The notes: generated by a model from the sequence alone, not told the origin. A stretch of 32,000 bases of DNA from Vibrio vulnificus CMCP6 (GCF_000039765.1 NC_004459.3:3226104-3258103); one strand, 5' to 3'. Positions 1 to 11,208 are shown, counted from the stretch's first letter. Numbers and translations are program-made.

Positions 1-1862
1 CGAACAGAGCCCGCATTGAGCATCTTCATAAAACCAGAGTCTTTATCCAATGCGACAACGTCGGTTGGTTCCCCCTCGGCGAGATAATAGCTCAGTTTGC
101 CCACAGCCCCCGTGATTAAAGGAGCGCCAATCGAGCCGAATGCAGAAGTCCAAGTGCCCTCGACAAGCGGTTGCGCCGCTTTTAGCTGACTATCAGCACT
201 ATTGATACGAACATTGACGTACTGTACCGGACCTGCCAAATAGTTGTTTGTTTCTGCTCTTCGAATGGTCAAACGGGTTTCACCCGCTTTCAAGACGTGC
301 AGAATGCCTCCGTCTAGCACTTTGACTACGTTAGGATCGCTGTTATTAAGTACCAACAAATCATTGGTACGGGGATTGAGATCTTGTTGAAGGTTGATCT
401 GAAGATCTTTGTAGTAGGTTTCTTGATAATCTTGCGTTTGATAAGGCTGTGCGGCCGCCTTTGCCACATCAATAGAGAGTGTAAACTGCGTTGATTGATA
501 CAACTCACCACCATCATCCTCAATTTGCAACGAGTATTGCCCCGCTTGCTCAATGAATAACGTTTTCTCCACAAGGGCCAGTTGAGGGGATGAACCACTC
601 ACTAATGTTAAACGACCTTTTTGACCCGCAAATTCAAACGGAATACGTAGATCTTGTTGATAAGTTAAAGAGATAGGATCTTGCTTGATGCCTTGGTGTG
701 GCGCTTTATCAATTTGGATGGTAAAACGTGCACTAGAGGCTTGATAGTTGCGCAGGTTTTGCTCAGTCACTTCCACTTCCGCCTGCCCTACACCATCAAT
801 AACGGGCAAGTTAGCAACGGTATCAATGTGGAGCACATCAGCACCGCTCAATAGTCGATACTGAACCTCGCCTTTGGCATTACTCACAACGGGTTGTAGA
901 CGGGCATTGGCTTGATATTCCGTCACCATATTGGCAACCGACAGCGGCTGGCGCGCAGCCTTATCAATCGTCACTTCGTATTCACTGGTTTGCTGAGCAG
1001 TTTTGTAAGTCTCTGGATAATATGCCGTGGCTTGCACCGTCACTTTGCCGCTGTTTTTGATCGCCAGCATGCCTTGGTTTTGCTGCGAAAACTCCGCGAC
1101 TTCCCAATCCGGTTCGCTTTTAACAATCTGATATACGATGCGTTCTGTTGGCGTCGTATCTAAGCGTTTTGGCGCTAACACCAACCCAGGTTGATATGCG
1201 CGAGAAAGTGCCGCAAAGCTAAGAGAGTCCGCGTCTACCGCTCTCACAATAACATCGGCTTCCACGCTTCGTTCAGAATAAAACTCATCACCCAAATCGA
1301 TCACTTGGATACGTGCAATACCAGGGCGACCTCGACTTTGTACTTCTCCTTGTGCAGAGAGATCAATGATAGCGTTAGGATCGGAGAGAACGCGATAACT
1401 CAACTCACCTTTTGCACCACGGACAGTAAGTGAACTTGGCGTGGATTGCGTGGTGGTTAAGTAAAGCGGACTGATGGAGAGAGCATCGTTCCAGCCCTTT
1501 TGAATGGTAATCGTAAAATTCGACTCTGAGGTTTGAAAGGTGTCGCTAGTGTCAATCGCCTTCACATGGGCAACACCTGGCTTTAATACTTTGATGCGGC
1601 CTTGGCTGTCGAGTAACACCACTTGTGCACTTTCGTCACCAATTAACTCAAACGCGACATCACCTTTCACTTCGAAAAGTTGCGGTTGAACAATCTCGCC
1701 ACTTTGTACATAGGTGGTGGTAAGGTCCAAAGATTCAAGAGGCGCACGATATTGCTTGCTTGGTTTCACAACCGCAGGGGCCGAACTACCGCCACCTCCG
1801 CCACCACACCCCACCAACACATTGGCAGTGAGCAATAAAATTAACCCATGTTCTATTCGCAT
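1..1862 (-). CDS. Partial lipoprotein with glycine-rich linker and Ig-like (MBG/cadherin-like) repeats; C-terminus beyond window start
   Basis: Reverse-strand reading from ATG at 1862 gives MRIEHGLILLLTANVLVGCGGGGGGSSAPAVVKPSK..., a lipobox-like signal peptide plus Gly tract. It is followed by repeated beta-rich segments such as 'KAARQPLSVANMVTEYQ' and 'KAPHQGIKQDPISLTYQQ'. Sampled stretches read through to position 1 in the same frame. It is absent from the ORF track because no stop lies in the window. Confidence 0.75.
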   Translation of the reverse strand, partial: MRIEHGLILLLTANVLVGCGGGGGGSSAPAVVKPSKQYRAPLESLDLTTTYVQSGEIVQPQLFEVKGDVAFELIGDESAQVVLLDSQGRIKVLKPGVAHVKAIDTSDTFQTSESNFTITIQKGWNDALSISPLYLTTTQSTPSSLTVRGAKGELSYRVLSDPNAIIDLSAQGEVQSRGRPGIARIQVIDLGDEFYSERSVEADVIVRAVDADSLSFAALSRAYQPGLVLAPKRLDTTPTERIVYQIVKSEPDWEVAEFSQQNQGMLAIKNSGKVTVQATAYYPETYKTAQQTSEYEVTIDKAARQPLSVANMVTEYQANARLQPVVSNAKGEVQYRLLSGADVLHIDTVANLPVIDGVGQAEVEVTEQNLRNYQASSARFTIQIDKAPHQGIKQDPISLTYQQDLRIPFEFAGQKGRLTLVSGSSPQLALVEKTLFIEQAGQYSLQIEDDGGELYQSTQFTLSIDVAKAAAQPYQTQDYQETYYKDLQINLQQDLNPRTNDLLVLNNSDPNVVKVLDGGILHVLKAGETRLTIRRAETNNYLAGPVQYVNVRINSADSQLKAAQPLVEGTWTSAFGSIGAPLITGAVGKLSYYLAEGEPTDVVALDKDSGFMKMLNAGSV

Positions 1863-2192
1863 TATTACGCCTCAACTGAATATTTACTCAACAGGCGCGG
1901 ACCTTATCACAAGGCAGAAAATTAAATCAGGCAAAGAAATCGGCAGATTTTGCGCGATTTCTTACATGCAAATAGGAATGAATCACATTGCTAAAAAACG
2001 CGTTACCAAACTCACAAATAAACGATACAAAACATGTAGTTATAGAAACTCACCTTTAGCTTACACTGTTATGAAAAATTAGAGAAAGCTGATATTGTGA
2101 ACATTGTTCATTTAAAATTCTTATCTTTGATACAGATAGATTCACTTGGTAACACCAATTTATTTACCATCGAAACTTATGCATCTCTTCCA

Positions 2193-2654
2193 TCATTGAC
2201 CAAGTGGTAGCGCGGTGGTGTATTTGAGTGGTTCCATAGCAAATGTCGAGGTGACGTTGGATATCCCCTCAACACTATTGACTAACTTCTTATAAAAAGT
2301 ATCGAAGTTTTTCATATCTTTGACCAACACTTTCATCATGTAGTCGTACTCACCCGCCATGCGATAGAACTCCATCACTTCCGGAAAATCATTTACCGTC
2401 GCAACGAAACGGTCATACCACGCATAAGAGTGATCACAGGTTTTAATTTGCACAAATGCGATAAATGAGAGATCTAATTTCTCTGCATTCAGCAAAGCCA
2501 CTTTCTTTTCAATAAAGCCTTCATCTTCTAAACGCTTCAGACGCTTCCAGCAAGGTGTCGTGGTGAGATTCACTTGCTCAGCCAAGTCACTCAAGGACAA
2601 GGTGCCATCCTGCTGCAATAGCGAAAGTAGCTTTAGATCAACTTTATCCAGCAT
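2193..2654 (-). CDS. Lrp/AsnC family transcriptional regulator (DecR-like)
   Basis: 153 aa; typical Lrp N-terminal HTH '[47 protein letters not shown]' and a RAM-type C-terminal domain. Confidence 0.93.
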   Translation of the reverse strand: MLDKVDLKLLSLLQQDGTLSLSDLAEQVNLTTTPCWKRLKRLEDEGFIEKKVALLNAEKLDLSFIAFVQIKTCDHSYAWYDRFVATVNDFPEVMEFYRMAGEYDYMMKVLVKDMKNFDTFYKKLVNSVEGISNVTSTFAMEPLKYTTALPLGQ

Positions 2655-2783
2655 ACAATTATCAATCCGCTCAATTATAGAAAATTTTTCTACAATATAG
2701 AGACATCACCACATAAAAAGCAAAGCTTTTCTCTGCAAAGGTAGGTACTTTGTTACCGTCAATAAGAATTAAGAGAGGCCCCC

Positions 2784-3869
2784 ATGTGTACGGACCACAA
2801 CTGGATTAATAACGCGATTCGCAAGATTGAAGCTGACTTCCAACGCTCTGCTGATACCCATTTATTTAAGCTTGATCTTCCGTCTCTCGAAGGCATTGAT
2901 ATTTATCTCAAAGACGAAAGCACCCATCCAACCGGTTCGTTAAAACACCGCTTAGCGCGTTCGTTGTTTCTCTACGCGATTTGTAATGGCTGGATTGGTC
3001 CGGAAACCACCGTCATTGAATCATCTTCCGGCAGTACTGCCGTTTCAGAGGCATACTTCGCACGCTTACTGGGCTTACCTTTTATCGCGGTAATGCCGAA
3101 ATGCACCGCAAGAAAGAAAATCGAGCAAATTGAGTTTTATGGCGGTAAAGCCCATTTGGTGGATCGCTCCGATCAAATTTACGCAGAATCTCACCGCTTA
3201 GCCAAAGAGTTAAATGGTCACTATATGGATCAGTTCACGTACGCGGAGCGCGCAACGGACTGGCGTGGCAACAACAACATCGCGAACTCTATCTTCAGCC
3301 AAATGACGCTCGAAGAGCACCCAGAACCAAGCTGGATCGTGATGAGCCCGGGCACAGGCGGCACTTCGGCTACCATCGGTCGCTTTATCCGTTACCAAAA
3401 GCTGGACACCAAGCTGTGCGTGGTTGACCCAGAAAACTCGGTGTTCTTTGACTACTTCCAAAACGGTGATAAAACGATAACCGGTAATACGGGCAGTAAG
3501 ATCGAGGGCATCGGTCGTCCACGTGTTGAACCAAGCTTTATTGCTGGCGTTGTGGATGAAATGCGAAAAATCCCTGATGCCGCTTCTGTTGCGTGTACCC
3601 ACTGGGTATCTAAGCTGATTGGCCGTAAAGTTGGCGCCTCAACTGGCACAAACCTGTATGGTGTATTGCAATTGGCATGCGAAATGAAACAGCGTGGCGA
3701 GCGTGGCTCTATCGTGACCCTACTGTGTGACAGCGGAGATCGCTACTTAGACACCTACTTTAATGAAGAGTGGGTAAAAACCAACATTGGTGACATTCAA
3801 CCCTACTTAGAGCAGCTTGAAATCATTGAGCGCGATGGCTGCGTAGCCCCCATCTGCTGCCCTGCGTAA
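2784..3869 (+). CDS. PLP-dependent cysteine synthase/cysteine lyase family protein
   Basis: 361 aa; PLP-lysine motif '[16 protein letters not shown]' and phosphate-binding '[14 protein letters not shown]'. Confidence 0.9.
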   Translation: MCTDHNWINNAIRKIEADFQRSADTHLFKLDLPSLEGIDIYLKDESTHPTGSLKHRLARSLFLYAICNGWIGPETTVIESSSGSTAVSEAYFARLLGLPFIAVMPKCTARKKIEQIEFYGGKAHLVDRSDQIYAESHRLAKELNGHYMDQFTYAERATDWRGNNNIANSIFSQMTLEEHPEPSWIVMSPGTGGTSATIGRFIRYQKLDTKLCVVDPENSVFFDYFQNGDKTITGNTGSKIEGIGRPRVEPSFIAGVVDEMRKIPDAASVACTHWVSKLIGRKVGASTGTNLYGVLQLACEMKQRGERGSIVTLLCDSGDRYLDTYFNEEWVKTNIGDIQPYLEQLEIIERDGCVAPICCPA

Positions 3870-3894
3870 CGCAGAGAATAAAAACACTCGCGAT

Positions 3895-3927
3895 AAAAAA
3901 TGCCCACGTGATTCCGTGGGCATTTTG
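3895..3927. terminator. Intrinsic terminator (possibly bidirectional)
   Basis: aaaaaatgcccacg-tgattc-cgtgggcattttgttt. Confidence 0.8.
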
Positions 3928-3973
3928 TTTTAGACAGTGCGACGAGTTGAGCTTAGCGAGGCATTCGCGTTCG

Positions 3974-4312
3974 TTATTTCTTCTGTTTTGCCTCAAAAGC
4001 CGCCAATTGCTCTGGCGTGGCTTCAGGTTGATGATTGGTTTTCCACTCGTCATAAGTCATGCCGTAAACACGCTCACGAGCATCATCTAAATCAAGATCT
4101 AGCCCTAAAACATCCGCTTCGGCTTTGTACCATTTGCTAAAGCAGTTACGACAAAAGCCTGCCAAAATCATCAAATCAATATTTTGCACCTCTTTGTTGG
4201 CATCAAGGTGAGCCAGCAAACGGCGAAATGCAGCAGCATCGAGTTTGTCTTGCTGCTCTTGAGTCAACTCTTGGTATTTAAACTGTGTCACTTTACTTTC
4301 CTTTATTCTCAT
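3974..4312 (-). CDS. DUF1244 domain-containing protein
   Basis: 112 aa; 'FRRLLAHLDANKEVQNIDLMILAGFCRNCFSKWY...YGMTYDEWKTNHQ' matches the DUF1244 pattern; the upstream MRIKESKVTQFKYQ may be a start-site overextension. Confidence 0.8.
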   Translation of the reverse strand: MRIKESKVTQFKYQELTQEQQDKLDAAAFRRLLAHLDANKEVQNIDLMILAGFCRNCFSKWYKAEADVLGLDLDLDDARERVYGMTYDEWKTNHQPEATPEQLAAFEAKQKK

Positions 4313-4455
4313 TTTTCCGTCTTAATCACGGGCGGATGACCAGCATAGTACAAAATCCACTAATAAAACCAAGCTCTTCGCCGAGTAATTGTGTACTATC
4401 TCAGCCAACACTCTCTTATGCATCTTATTGAATCACTCTTAGGTGGCGAACAATT

Positions 4456-5037
4456 ATGAAAAAAATTATGCTGGCGTGTTCAACATTATTACTTTCCCAA
4501 CCGGTTTTCGCGGAAAAAATGGGCGAGTTGCCGAACTACTTTTACCTTGGTGCAGGCACCATTGCTTTTGACGTTTCTGCTTACGGCGACAACAGTGGCA
4601 GCGAGCTTTCAACCCCAAACTTTACGATCGGCTTTGGTAAAAACTTCAATGAACATGTTGCTGTAGAAGGTCTGTTTCGCTACACGCAAAATGAAGTCAC
4701 CAACAGCACGACAGGAACCAGCCTTAACCTAGACTATTATCAAGCGGGCGTTTCCGCTCTGCTCTCCACGGGCAACTTAGGGGATACCCCGATTTCACTT
4801 TTCGGTCGCTTGTCGGGTTTAATCACCCAAGCAAACATGTATGACGTAACGAACAACGCAGTGAAAATCTCTGAAGAAGCGGGAATGATTTTCAACGTCG
4901 GGGGCGGATTAGGCTGGGATATGGGGCAAAATTTCTGGCTGAAAGCCGAATATGTCTATAGCTTTGCTGACGCAGGCTTTGACGATTTTTACGATAAGTA
5001 TTCTGGTTTTCAACTCTCTATCGGTAAGCAGTTCTAG
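4456..5037 (+). CDS. Outer membrane beta-barrel protein
   Basis: 193 aa; signal peptide MKKIMLACSTLLLSQPVFA, amphipathic beta strands, C-terminal 'FQLSIGKQF' ending in Phe. Confidence 0.85.
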   Translation: MKKIMLACSTLLLSQPVFAEKMGELPNYFYLGAGTIAFDVSAYGDNSGSELSTPNFTIGFGKNFNEHVAVEGLFRYTQNEVTNSTTGTSLNLDYYQAGVSALLSTGNLGDTPISLFGRLSGLITQANMYDVTNNAVKISEEAGMIFNVGGGLGWDMGQNFWLKAEYVYSFADAGFDDFYDKYSGFQLSIGKQF

Positions 5038-5068
5038 CATCGTAGCACTCTATACCAGCCGAGATAAA

Positions 5069-5099
5069 AAAGCCGAGGTTTTTGTTCCTCGGCTCTTTG
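5069..5099. terminator. Intrinsic terminator between convergent genes
   Basis: agccgagg-tttttgttc-cctcggct-type hairpin flanked by A/T runs. Confidence 0.65.
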
Positions 5100-5114
5100 G
5101 GTTTTAGGATTGGT

Positions 5115-8100
5115 CTAACCGTGACTCACTCGGCCTTTGGTATCATGGCTGAGGGCTTGATTTAGTTCCACTTCCACATGCCCTGGCGCTTCTGTGTATC
5201 GAGATATTAAGCGATACATCGCAGGGATAACGAACAAAGTGACGAGGGTGGCAAAACCCATACCGAAGAAAATAACCGTACCAACAGCGACGCGGCTTTC
5301 GTAACCCGCCCCATCCGACAGGATAAGTGGAATCGCGCCCGCTAAGGTCGTGAAGGCGGTCATTAAAATCGGGCGCAACCGTCGTGCCGAGGCATCAATA
5401 ATGGCTTGTTCAAACTCAAAGCCACGGTCACGCAGTTGGTTAGCAAACTCAACAATCAAGATACCGTTTTTGGTCACCATACCGATCAGCATGATCATGC
5501 CGATCTGACTGTAGATGTTCATGCCTTGCTGCATGATGAGCAAGCCTAAGAAACCCCCAAACACCCCCATCGGCACGGTAAACATCACCACCAGAGGGTT
5601 AATGAAGCTTTCAAACTGCGCAGCAAGAACGAGGTAGGCCACCAGCAAGGCCAAGGCAAACACAATAGCAACGCTAGACTGGTTTTCTTTGAAGTCCTTC
5701 GATTCACCAGAGTAGCTGATGGTAATATCCCCCGGCAGCGTCTCGATCGCTTGCTGATCAAGAAAATCCAACGCATCACCCAGCGTGTAACCATCCGATA
5801 AGTTGGCGGTGATCGTAATCGCCTTTTGCTTGTTGTAGTGCGATAAGCGAATCGACGACGCAATTTCTTCAACGTTGGTCACTGTATCTAAGGTAACCAG
5901 ATCGCCACTTTTTGTGCGCAGATAGATTTGGCTCAGATCTGCGGCGTTATTAAAGCGATTTTCATCACCACGAAGATAAACATCGTACTCTTCACCACGT
6001 TCCACAAAGGTGGTTTCTTTACGCCCACCCAACATGATTTCTAAGGTATCGGAAATCTCTTTGATGCTGATGCCCAGTTCTGCGGCACGACGTTTGTCCA
6101 CCGATACCACCAGTTCCGGCGTTTTCTCAGAATAGTTGATCTCCGCCCCTTCCATAATTGGGGATTCTTCCGCTTTGTTCTTCAACACCTCGGCCCAATC
6201 GCGCAGTTCGTTGTAATCCGAGCCGCCAAGCACAAACTGCACAGGCTCACTCGAACCACCACGGAATCCGGGCATAAACGGGAAAACACGAACATCAGGA
6301 ATGCCCGCCAGCGCCTTACGCACTTCGCCTAATGCTTGTTGCGCTGTCACTGAACGTTCATTCCAATCATCCAAGATCATAATAACGAATCCGGTTTGGT
6401 CACCCGCTTGGCCCCCAAACGCCGGCGACTGGATGCTGAATGATTTGAGGAACCCTTGCCCTAACAGCGGCATTAAACGCTCTTCCACTAAGTCCATATT
6501 GGCAGACATGCGGTTATAACTGGTGGCATCGGCGCCACGGACAAAGGCAAAAATGACCCCTCGGTCTTCTTGTGGTGTTAATTGTGCTGGCACTTGATTC
6601 ATTAGCGCGTAGCTGCCGCCCATACAAGCAAGGATGATCACGGGCGCAAGCCATCGCCATGCGAGGGCTCGCTTTAGCAACGCGCGATAACCGGACTCTA
6701 ACTTGCCGAACAACACGTCCACGACGTCATTGAAGCGGTTTTTCTTAACATTGGCTTTGAGAATTTTGCTGCCTAAGACGGGGGTGAGCGTCAGCGCAAT
6801 CAATGATGAAAAAATCACGGACATCGCCAGCAACACCGAGAACTCGGTAAAGAGTAGGCCCACCATGCCATCCATGAAGGAGATCGGCAAAAACACCATC
6901 ACCAACACTAAGGTGGTGGCAATGACCGCAAAGCCTACCTCTCGCGTGCCTTTATAGGCCGCAAGCAAAGGCGATTCACCTTTCTCGATATGATGGAAAA
7001 TGTTCTCAACGACAACAATCGCATCGTCGACCACCAAACCGATAGAGAGAATCAAAGCCATTAAGGTGATGAGGTTAATCGAAAAACCAAAGTAGTACGC
7101 GGCAATAAAAGAGGAAATCAGCGATACAGGCACGGTCACCGCAGGGATCAAAGTCGCACGAGCTTGACCGATGAAGATATACAGCACGAGGATCACGAGC
7201 CCGCCAGTGATGAATAGAGTGCTATAAACTTCAGAAATAGAGCGTTCAATAAACACGGTTGAATCGTAGTCGATAGCGAGACGTGTCCCTTCTGGCAAAA
7301 ACTTCTGCACTTTATCGACTTCTTCATGCACTCTTTTTGCAACTTCAAGCGGGTTGGCGTCCGACTGAGGGACAATCCCCATGCTGACATTGACTACCCC
7401 GTCACTTTTAAACGTCGAGTTCTCATTCTCAGCACCAATAAAGACATCCGCCACGTCTTTGAGATAAATCGGCGTGTTGTCACTGGCACGCTTGACCACC
7501 AGATACTGGAAGTCTTCTACTGAGTTATAGCTGCGCGCGGTGCGAACAGACATCACCGTTTGATCGTTCCGCACTTGGCCCCCCGGACTTTCAAGGTTCT
7601 CACTGCGTAGCGCGGCGGTAATGTCCGTGGCAGTCACACCTCGTCCGGCCATCAGCTCAGGACTTAGCTTCACGTACATAACTTTGTACAAGCCACCCGA
7701 GATATCAACGGAACTCACTCCGGTGATAAGACTAAAGCGATCCATGAGTACACGCTCGATGTAATCGGTGAGCTGAGTACGATCCATCTCTGACGAGCTG
7801 AGGTTGATGTAAACGGATGCCTCACCGCTACCGTTGTTTTTAAACACGATAGGATCGTCGGCTTCCTCGGGTAGCGAACGCTGCGCACGCGCAACCGCAT
7901 CACGAACATCACTCACTCCAGTATTGAGGTCATAACCCAATTCAAAGGTAATGGTGATACGAGACATGCTGTTACGCGTGGTCGACGAGATCTCATCAAT
8001 ACCACTGATGCCTGAAAGTTGATCTTCAAGCACTGACGTGATCTGGCTTTCGATGATCGTCGCCGACGCCCCATCGTAACGCGTACTAATGGAGACAACT

Positions 8101-8228
8101 GGGCTTTCGATGTCCGGCATCTCGCGCACTGCCAATTTGCTGAACGAGACAAAACCAAACACACACAGCAACAAACTCAATACCAGCGCAGCAACTGGCC
8201 TTTTCACCGAAACATCAGAGAGTAACAT
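5115..8228 (-). CDS. RND efflux transporter permease subunit (AcrB/HAE1 family)
   Basis: 1037 aa; 'MLLSDVSVKRPVAALVLSLLL...FSKLAVREMPDIESPVVSISTRYDGASATIIES', plus 'VGLVVDDAIVVVENIFHHIE' and 'GMVTKNGILIVEFANQLRDRG'. Confidence 0.97.
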   Translation of the reverse strand: MLLSDVSVKRPVAALVLSLLLCVFGFVSFSKLAVREMPDIESPVVSISTRYDGASATIIESQITSVLEDQLSGISGIDEISSTTRNSMSRITITFELGYDLNTGVSDVRDAVARAQRSLPEEADDPIVFKNNGSGEASVYINLSSSEMDRTQLTDYIERVLMDRFSLITGVSSVDISGGLYKVMYVKLSPELMAGRGVTATDITAALRSENLESPGGQVRNDQTVMSVRTARSYNSVEDFQYLVVKRASDNTPIYLKDVADVFIGAENENSTFKSDGVVNVSMGIVPQSDANPLEVAKRVHEEVDKVQKFLPEGTRLAIDYDSTVFIERSISEVYSTLFITGGLVILVLYIFIGQARATLIPAVTVPVSLISSFIAAYYFGFSINLITLMALILSIGLVVDDAIVVVENIFHHIEKGESPLLAAYKGTREVGFAVIATTLVLVMVFLPISFMDGMVGLLFTEFSVLLAMSVIFSSLIALTLTPVLGSKILKANVKKNRFNDVVDVLFGKLESGYRALLKRALAWRWLAPVIILACMGGSYALMNQVPAQLTPQEDRGVIFAFVRGADATSYNRMSANMDLVEERLMPLLGQGFLKSFSIQSPAFGGQAGDQTGFVIMILDDWNERSVTAQQALGEVRKALAGIPDVRVFPFMPGFRGGSSEPVQFVLGGSDYNELRDWAEVLKNKAEESPIMEGAEINYSEKTPELVVSVDKRRAAELGISIKEISDTLEIMLGGRKETTFVERGEEYDVYLRGDENRFNNAADLSQIYLRTKSGDLVTLDTVTNVEEIASSIRLSHYNKQKAITITANLSDGYTLGDALDFLDQQAIETLPGDITISYSGESKDFKENQSSVAIVFALALLVAYLVLAAQFESFINPLVVMFTVPMGVFGGFLGLLIMQQGMNIYSQIGMIMLIGMVTKNGILIVEFANQLRDRGFEFEQAIIDASARRLRPILMTAFTTLAGAIPLILSDGAGYESRVAVGTVIFFGMGFATLVTLFVIPAMYRLISRYTEAPGHVEVELNQALSHDTKGRVSHG

Positions 8229-9295
8229 TATTGCTCATCCTTCTTCGCTACGGTCTTTTGCCCTGTCGCTGCGCCGCCAATTTCTTTGACTAACACACCG
8301 TCACGCATGTTCACGATACCTTGCACGACGATTTTATCGCCGATGTTGACACCCGACTCGATCACCACTTGGTTCTCTACTCGCGCACCAAGCAGAACTT
8401 CTGTGCGTTTCGCTTTGTTGTCGCTGCCGATGACATAGACATAACGTTTGGTCCCGGAATACTCTAGTGCCTGCACCGGAATGATCGGCGCTTCAATCGC
8501 AGGGAACGCTAAGGCGGTATTGAGTAACATCCCTGGTTTCAACTGATTTTCCGGATTTTCAAACTGAATGCGCACGCGTAGGTTCAACGTTTCGGCGTTA
8601 ATCCGTGAGTCAATGCCCACCACCTTGCCAGTGAACACTTGTTTGCCCCAAGCGCTGGATGTTGCTGTCACAGGCATACCTATCGACAACATCGACAGAT
8701 AACGTTCCGGAATTCTCAGATCCAGTTGCATCAACGACAGATCGTCGAGCGTCAGTAATTCAGTGCCTGAGTTCACCAACTTGCCGCGGCTAAAATCGAC
8801 GAACCCCACCGTTCCGGCAAAAGGCGCGGTGATATGAAGATCATTCAAGTTGGCATTGGCCGCGGTCAAACGCGCTTGTGCAATCTCGACACTGGCTTTT
8901 TGCGCGTCAATTTCTGTTTGAGTAATCGCATTGCGGCTGACCAGTCGCTCAAACTCTTTCAGCTTTCTCTGCTCATCTTTTAGATAAGCTTTTGCTTCAG
9001 ATACGGCTGCTAAGGCTTTATCGTCCTCAAGCTTCACCAGCAATTGCCCTTTAGTGACATTCTGGTTGGCTTTCACTTGAATGCTTTCGACTTTGCCGGA
9101 CACTTCGGACGCAATCACCACTGACTGCACCGCTTCCAATTTGCCGACCAGCGCTAAAGATTGGCTAATTTGGTGTGTTTGCACTTCTTCGGCAACCACA
9201 GTAACAGCAGATGGCCCTCTTGGAGCAGCATGGGATAGAGAGGAAGTCCCCATAAGAGCCAGAGTAATAAATGAGATAAGAATGCGTTTTTTCAT
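8228..9295 (-). CDS. RND efflux periplasmic adaptor (membrane fusion protein)
   Basis: 355 aa; biotinyl-lipoyl-like hairpin 'GKLEAVQSVVIASEVSGKVESIQVKANQNVTKGQLLVKLEDD', signal peptide, overlap of one base with the permease gene. Confidence 0.95.
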   Translation of the reverse strand: MKKRILISFITLALMGTSSLSHAAPRGPSAVTVVAEEVQTHQISQSLALVGKLEAVQSVVIASEVSGKVESIQVKANQNVTKGQLLVKLEDDKALAAVSEAKAYLKDEQRKLKEFERLVSRNAITQTEIDAQKASVEIAQARLTAANANLNDLHITAPFAGTVGFVDFSRGKLVNSGTELLTLDDLSLMQLDLRIPERYLSMLSIGMPVTATSSAWGKQVFTGKVVGIDSRINAETLNLRVRIQFENPENQLKPGMLLNTALAFPAIEAPIIPVQALEYSGTKRYVYVIGSDNKAKRTEVLLGARVENQVVIESGVNIGDKIVVQGIVNMRDGVLVKEIGGAATGQKTVAKKDEQ

Positions 9296-9483
9296 GTTCC
9301 GTCAATCAATAAAGCCATAGTTGAGATTATAAGTTTATCAGCTCTAGCGTACTGTAACGTCAAGTTGTGTAAATTATGGTGAGAAGTGAAGGATTTAGCG
9401 GCCTAAGTTGTCACCAAAATGTGTACTTTCTGGCATCTTTGCCCAAAAAGGCAGCATTCAACATGTAAAGCACAGAAAAAGGC

Positions 9484-9511
9484 TTTACACACTGAACTGG
9501 TTTGCTATGAT
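9484..9511 (+). promoter_or_regulatory. Sigma70-like promoter of the tRNA-Tyr cluster with GC-rich discriminator
   Basis: TTTACA (9484-9489), 16-bp spacer, TATGAT (9506-9511), followed by gcgctccgc typical of stable-RNA promoters. Confidence 0.75.
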
Positions 9512-9585
9512 GCGCTCCGCACTTGAGCGATGCGTTGGGAAAACACCGCTTAAGCCTAATCCAGATGAGGTTAGGAAAACACCCT

Positions 9586-9670
<85 letters not shown>

Positions 9671-9760
9671 TATTTCTTCTTGTGATTATCCTCTGGATTA
9701 ATTGTGAGAAACACTTGGATAGTGTGTTGGGAAAACACGTTCTAAGTATAAAAATACCCT

Positions 9761-9845
<85 letters not shown>

Positions 9846-9935
9846 TATTTCTTCTTGTGATTATCCTCTGGATTAATTGTGAGAAACACTTGGATAGTGT
9901 GTTGGGAAAACACGTTCTAAGTATAAAAATACCCT

Positions 9936-10020
<85 letters not shown>

Positions 10021-10039
10021 TATTCTTCGTAAGAATCGA

Positions 10040-10067
10040 AAGCCAGCTCATTGAGCTGGCTTTTTTC
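10040..10067 (+). terminator. Intrinsic terminator for the tRNA-Tyr operon
   Basis: agccagct-cattg-agctggct followed by tttttt. Confidence 0.9.
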
Positions 10068-10275
10068 GTACTGAATTCAGCTCATCCATTCGCCTCTCCC
10101 ACCGTATGAACGATGGCGCAAGTAACACTTTTCGCTCTGATCACCGTGACAATGGCGACTCGAAAGGCATCCTCTTACGAACTGGCTTCAATGAAAAAGT
10201 CATTCCAAACCATCAGAGAGCACTTGACCTATAGAGTCAGCTGCCCTATCCAATGACTCTGTCAGTCCAACAGAT

Positions 10276-10310
10276 AAAAAAATCCCGCTCATCGAAATGA
10301 ACGGGACTTT
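10276..10310 (-). terminator. Intrinsic terminator downstream of the Tim44-like gene
   Basis: On the reverse strand: agtcccgttcat-ttcg-atgagcgggat followed by a T run. Confidence 0.8.
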
Positions 10311-10338
10311 ATGATGACTAAATCGAACGACGTTAGGC

Positions 10339-11208
10339 CTAGCCTTGGATACCCACGATCATCCACGGCGCATTTGGCGCAGTCAGATCTCGCTCAAGGT
10401 GCCAGATATCTGTGATATCTTCTTCAATGCCTTCAACAGCATCGCGGTAACGACCACTGAACTGTAAGCTCAAGTGCGCAGTTGACGCGTCGTAATCAGC
10501 ACGAACGATTTGTGCATCCACATACATGACATCCGTATGCTGCTCACCATCGAGTTTCGCTCGCTCCGCTTTTAGGTCTTCAAACAAGCTTGGAGAAACA
10601 TACTCTTCAATCGTTTCCAGTTGATTATGATTCCAAGCGCCTTGCAGGATACGGTAGTGTTCACGCGCGCCATTTACAAATGCGACTTGATCGAAACCTG
10701 GAGGGTAGTTGTGTGGTACATCAGATTGCGCGCCAAAGCCAAAACCACCAGTTGGCGTATTTGGTGACTGCTCGAAGTTATGAACATTTGATTGCTCAAA
10801 CTTAGGTGCTTGGCCGCCAAATGCTGGCTGCTGGCGATGCTGATTCATGCTGCCTTGCTTAGAAGCCAGCAAACCACGCATTAATTTAAAGATCACGAAA
10901 GCAATTAAGCCGATGATGAGGATATCCATAAACTGAATACCTTCAAACGCGCCCCCAAAGAACGCAGCAAGCAAACCACCCGCCAACAAGCCACCAAGAA
11001 TACCGCCCATCAGGCCTTTCTTAGAGCTCTGTTTTGCCGTCTGCTCTTTACCTATATTGTTCGTATTTTGCTGCTGTTGTTTTGGTGCAGGTGCCGTTTT
11101 GTAGCTTTTACCAAACGACTTACCACCACCCATTTTTTTCGCTTCAGCAATTGGCGTAGCAATCACAGAAACCATCAGCAGGGCAACAATCGATAATAAA
11201 CGTTTCAT
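10339..11208 (-). CDS. Tim44-like domain-containing protein
   Basis: 289 aa; signal peptide 'MKRLLSIVALLMVSVIATPIAEA', glycine-rich membrane stretch, Tim44-like C-terminal domain 'FVNGAREHYRILQGAWNHNQLETIEEYVSPSLFEDL'. Confidence 0.85.
   Translation of the reverse strand: MKRLLSIVALLMVSVIATPIAEAKKMGGGKSFGKSYKTAPAPKQQQQNTNNIGKEQTAKQSSKKGLMGGILGGLLAGGLLAAFFGGAFEGIQFMDILIIGLIAFVIFKLMRGLLASKQGSMNQHRQQPAFGGQAPKFEQSNVHNFEQSPNTPTGGFGFGAQSDVPHNYPPGFDQVAFVNGAREHYRILQGAWNHNQLETIEEYVSPSLFEDLKAERAKLDGEQHTDVMYVDAQIVRADYDASTAHLSLQFSGRYRDAVEGIEEDITDIWHLERDLTAPNAPWMIVGIQG

Noticed and set aside
326-1433. ORFs 326-598, 912-1163 and 1191-1433 within the first 1.9 kb
   Set aside because: They lie over the long minus-strand lipoprotein reading frame and lack protein-like features; shadow ORFs.
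3210-3649. Minus-strand ORFs inside the PLP enzyme gene
   Set aside because: Antisense shadows of a strong coding sequence.
5115-9295. RND pump as a novel transport system
   Set aside because: The permease and adaptor have ordinary HAE1-family motifs and operon layout; nothing unusual found.
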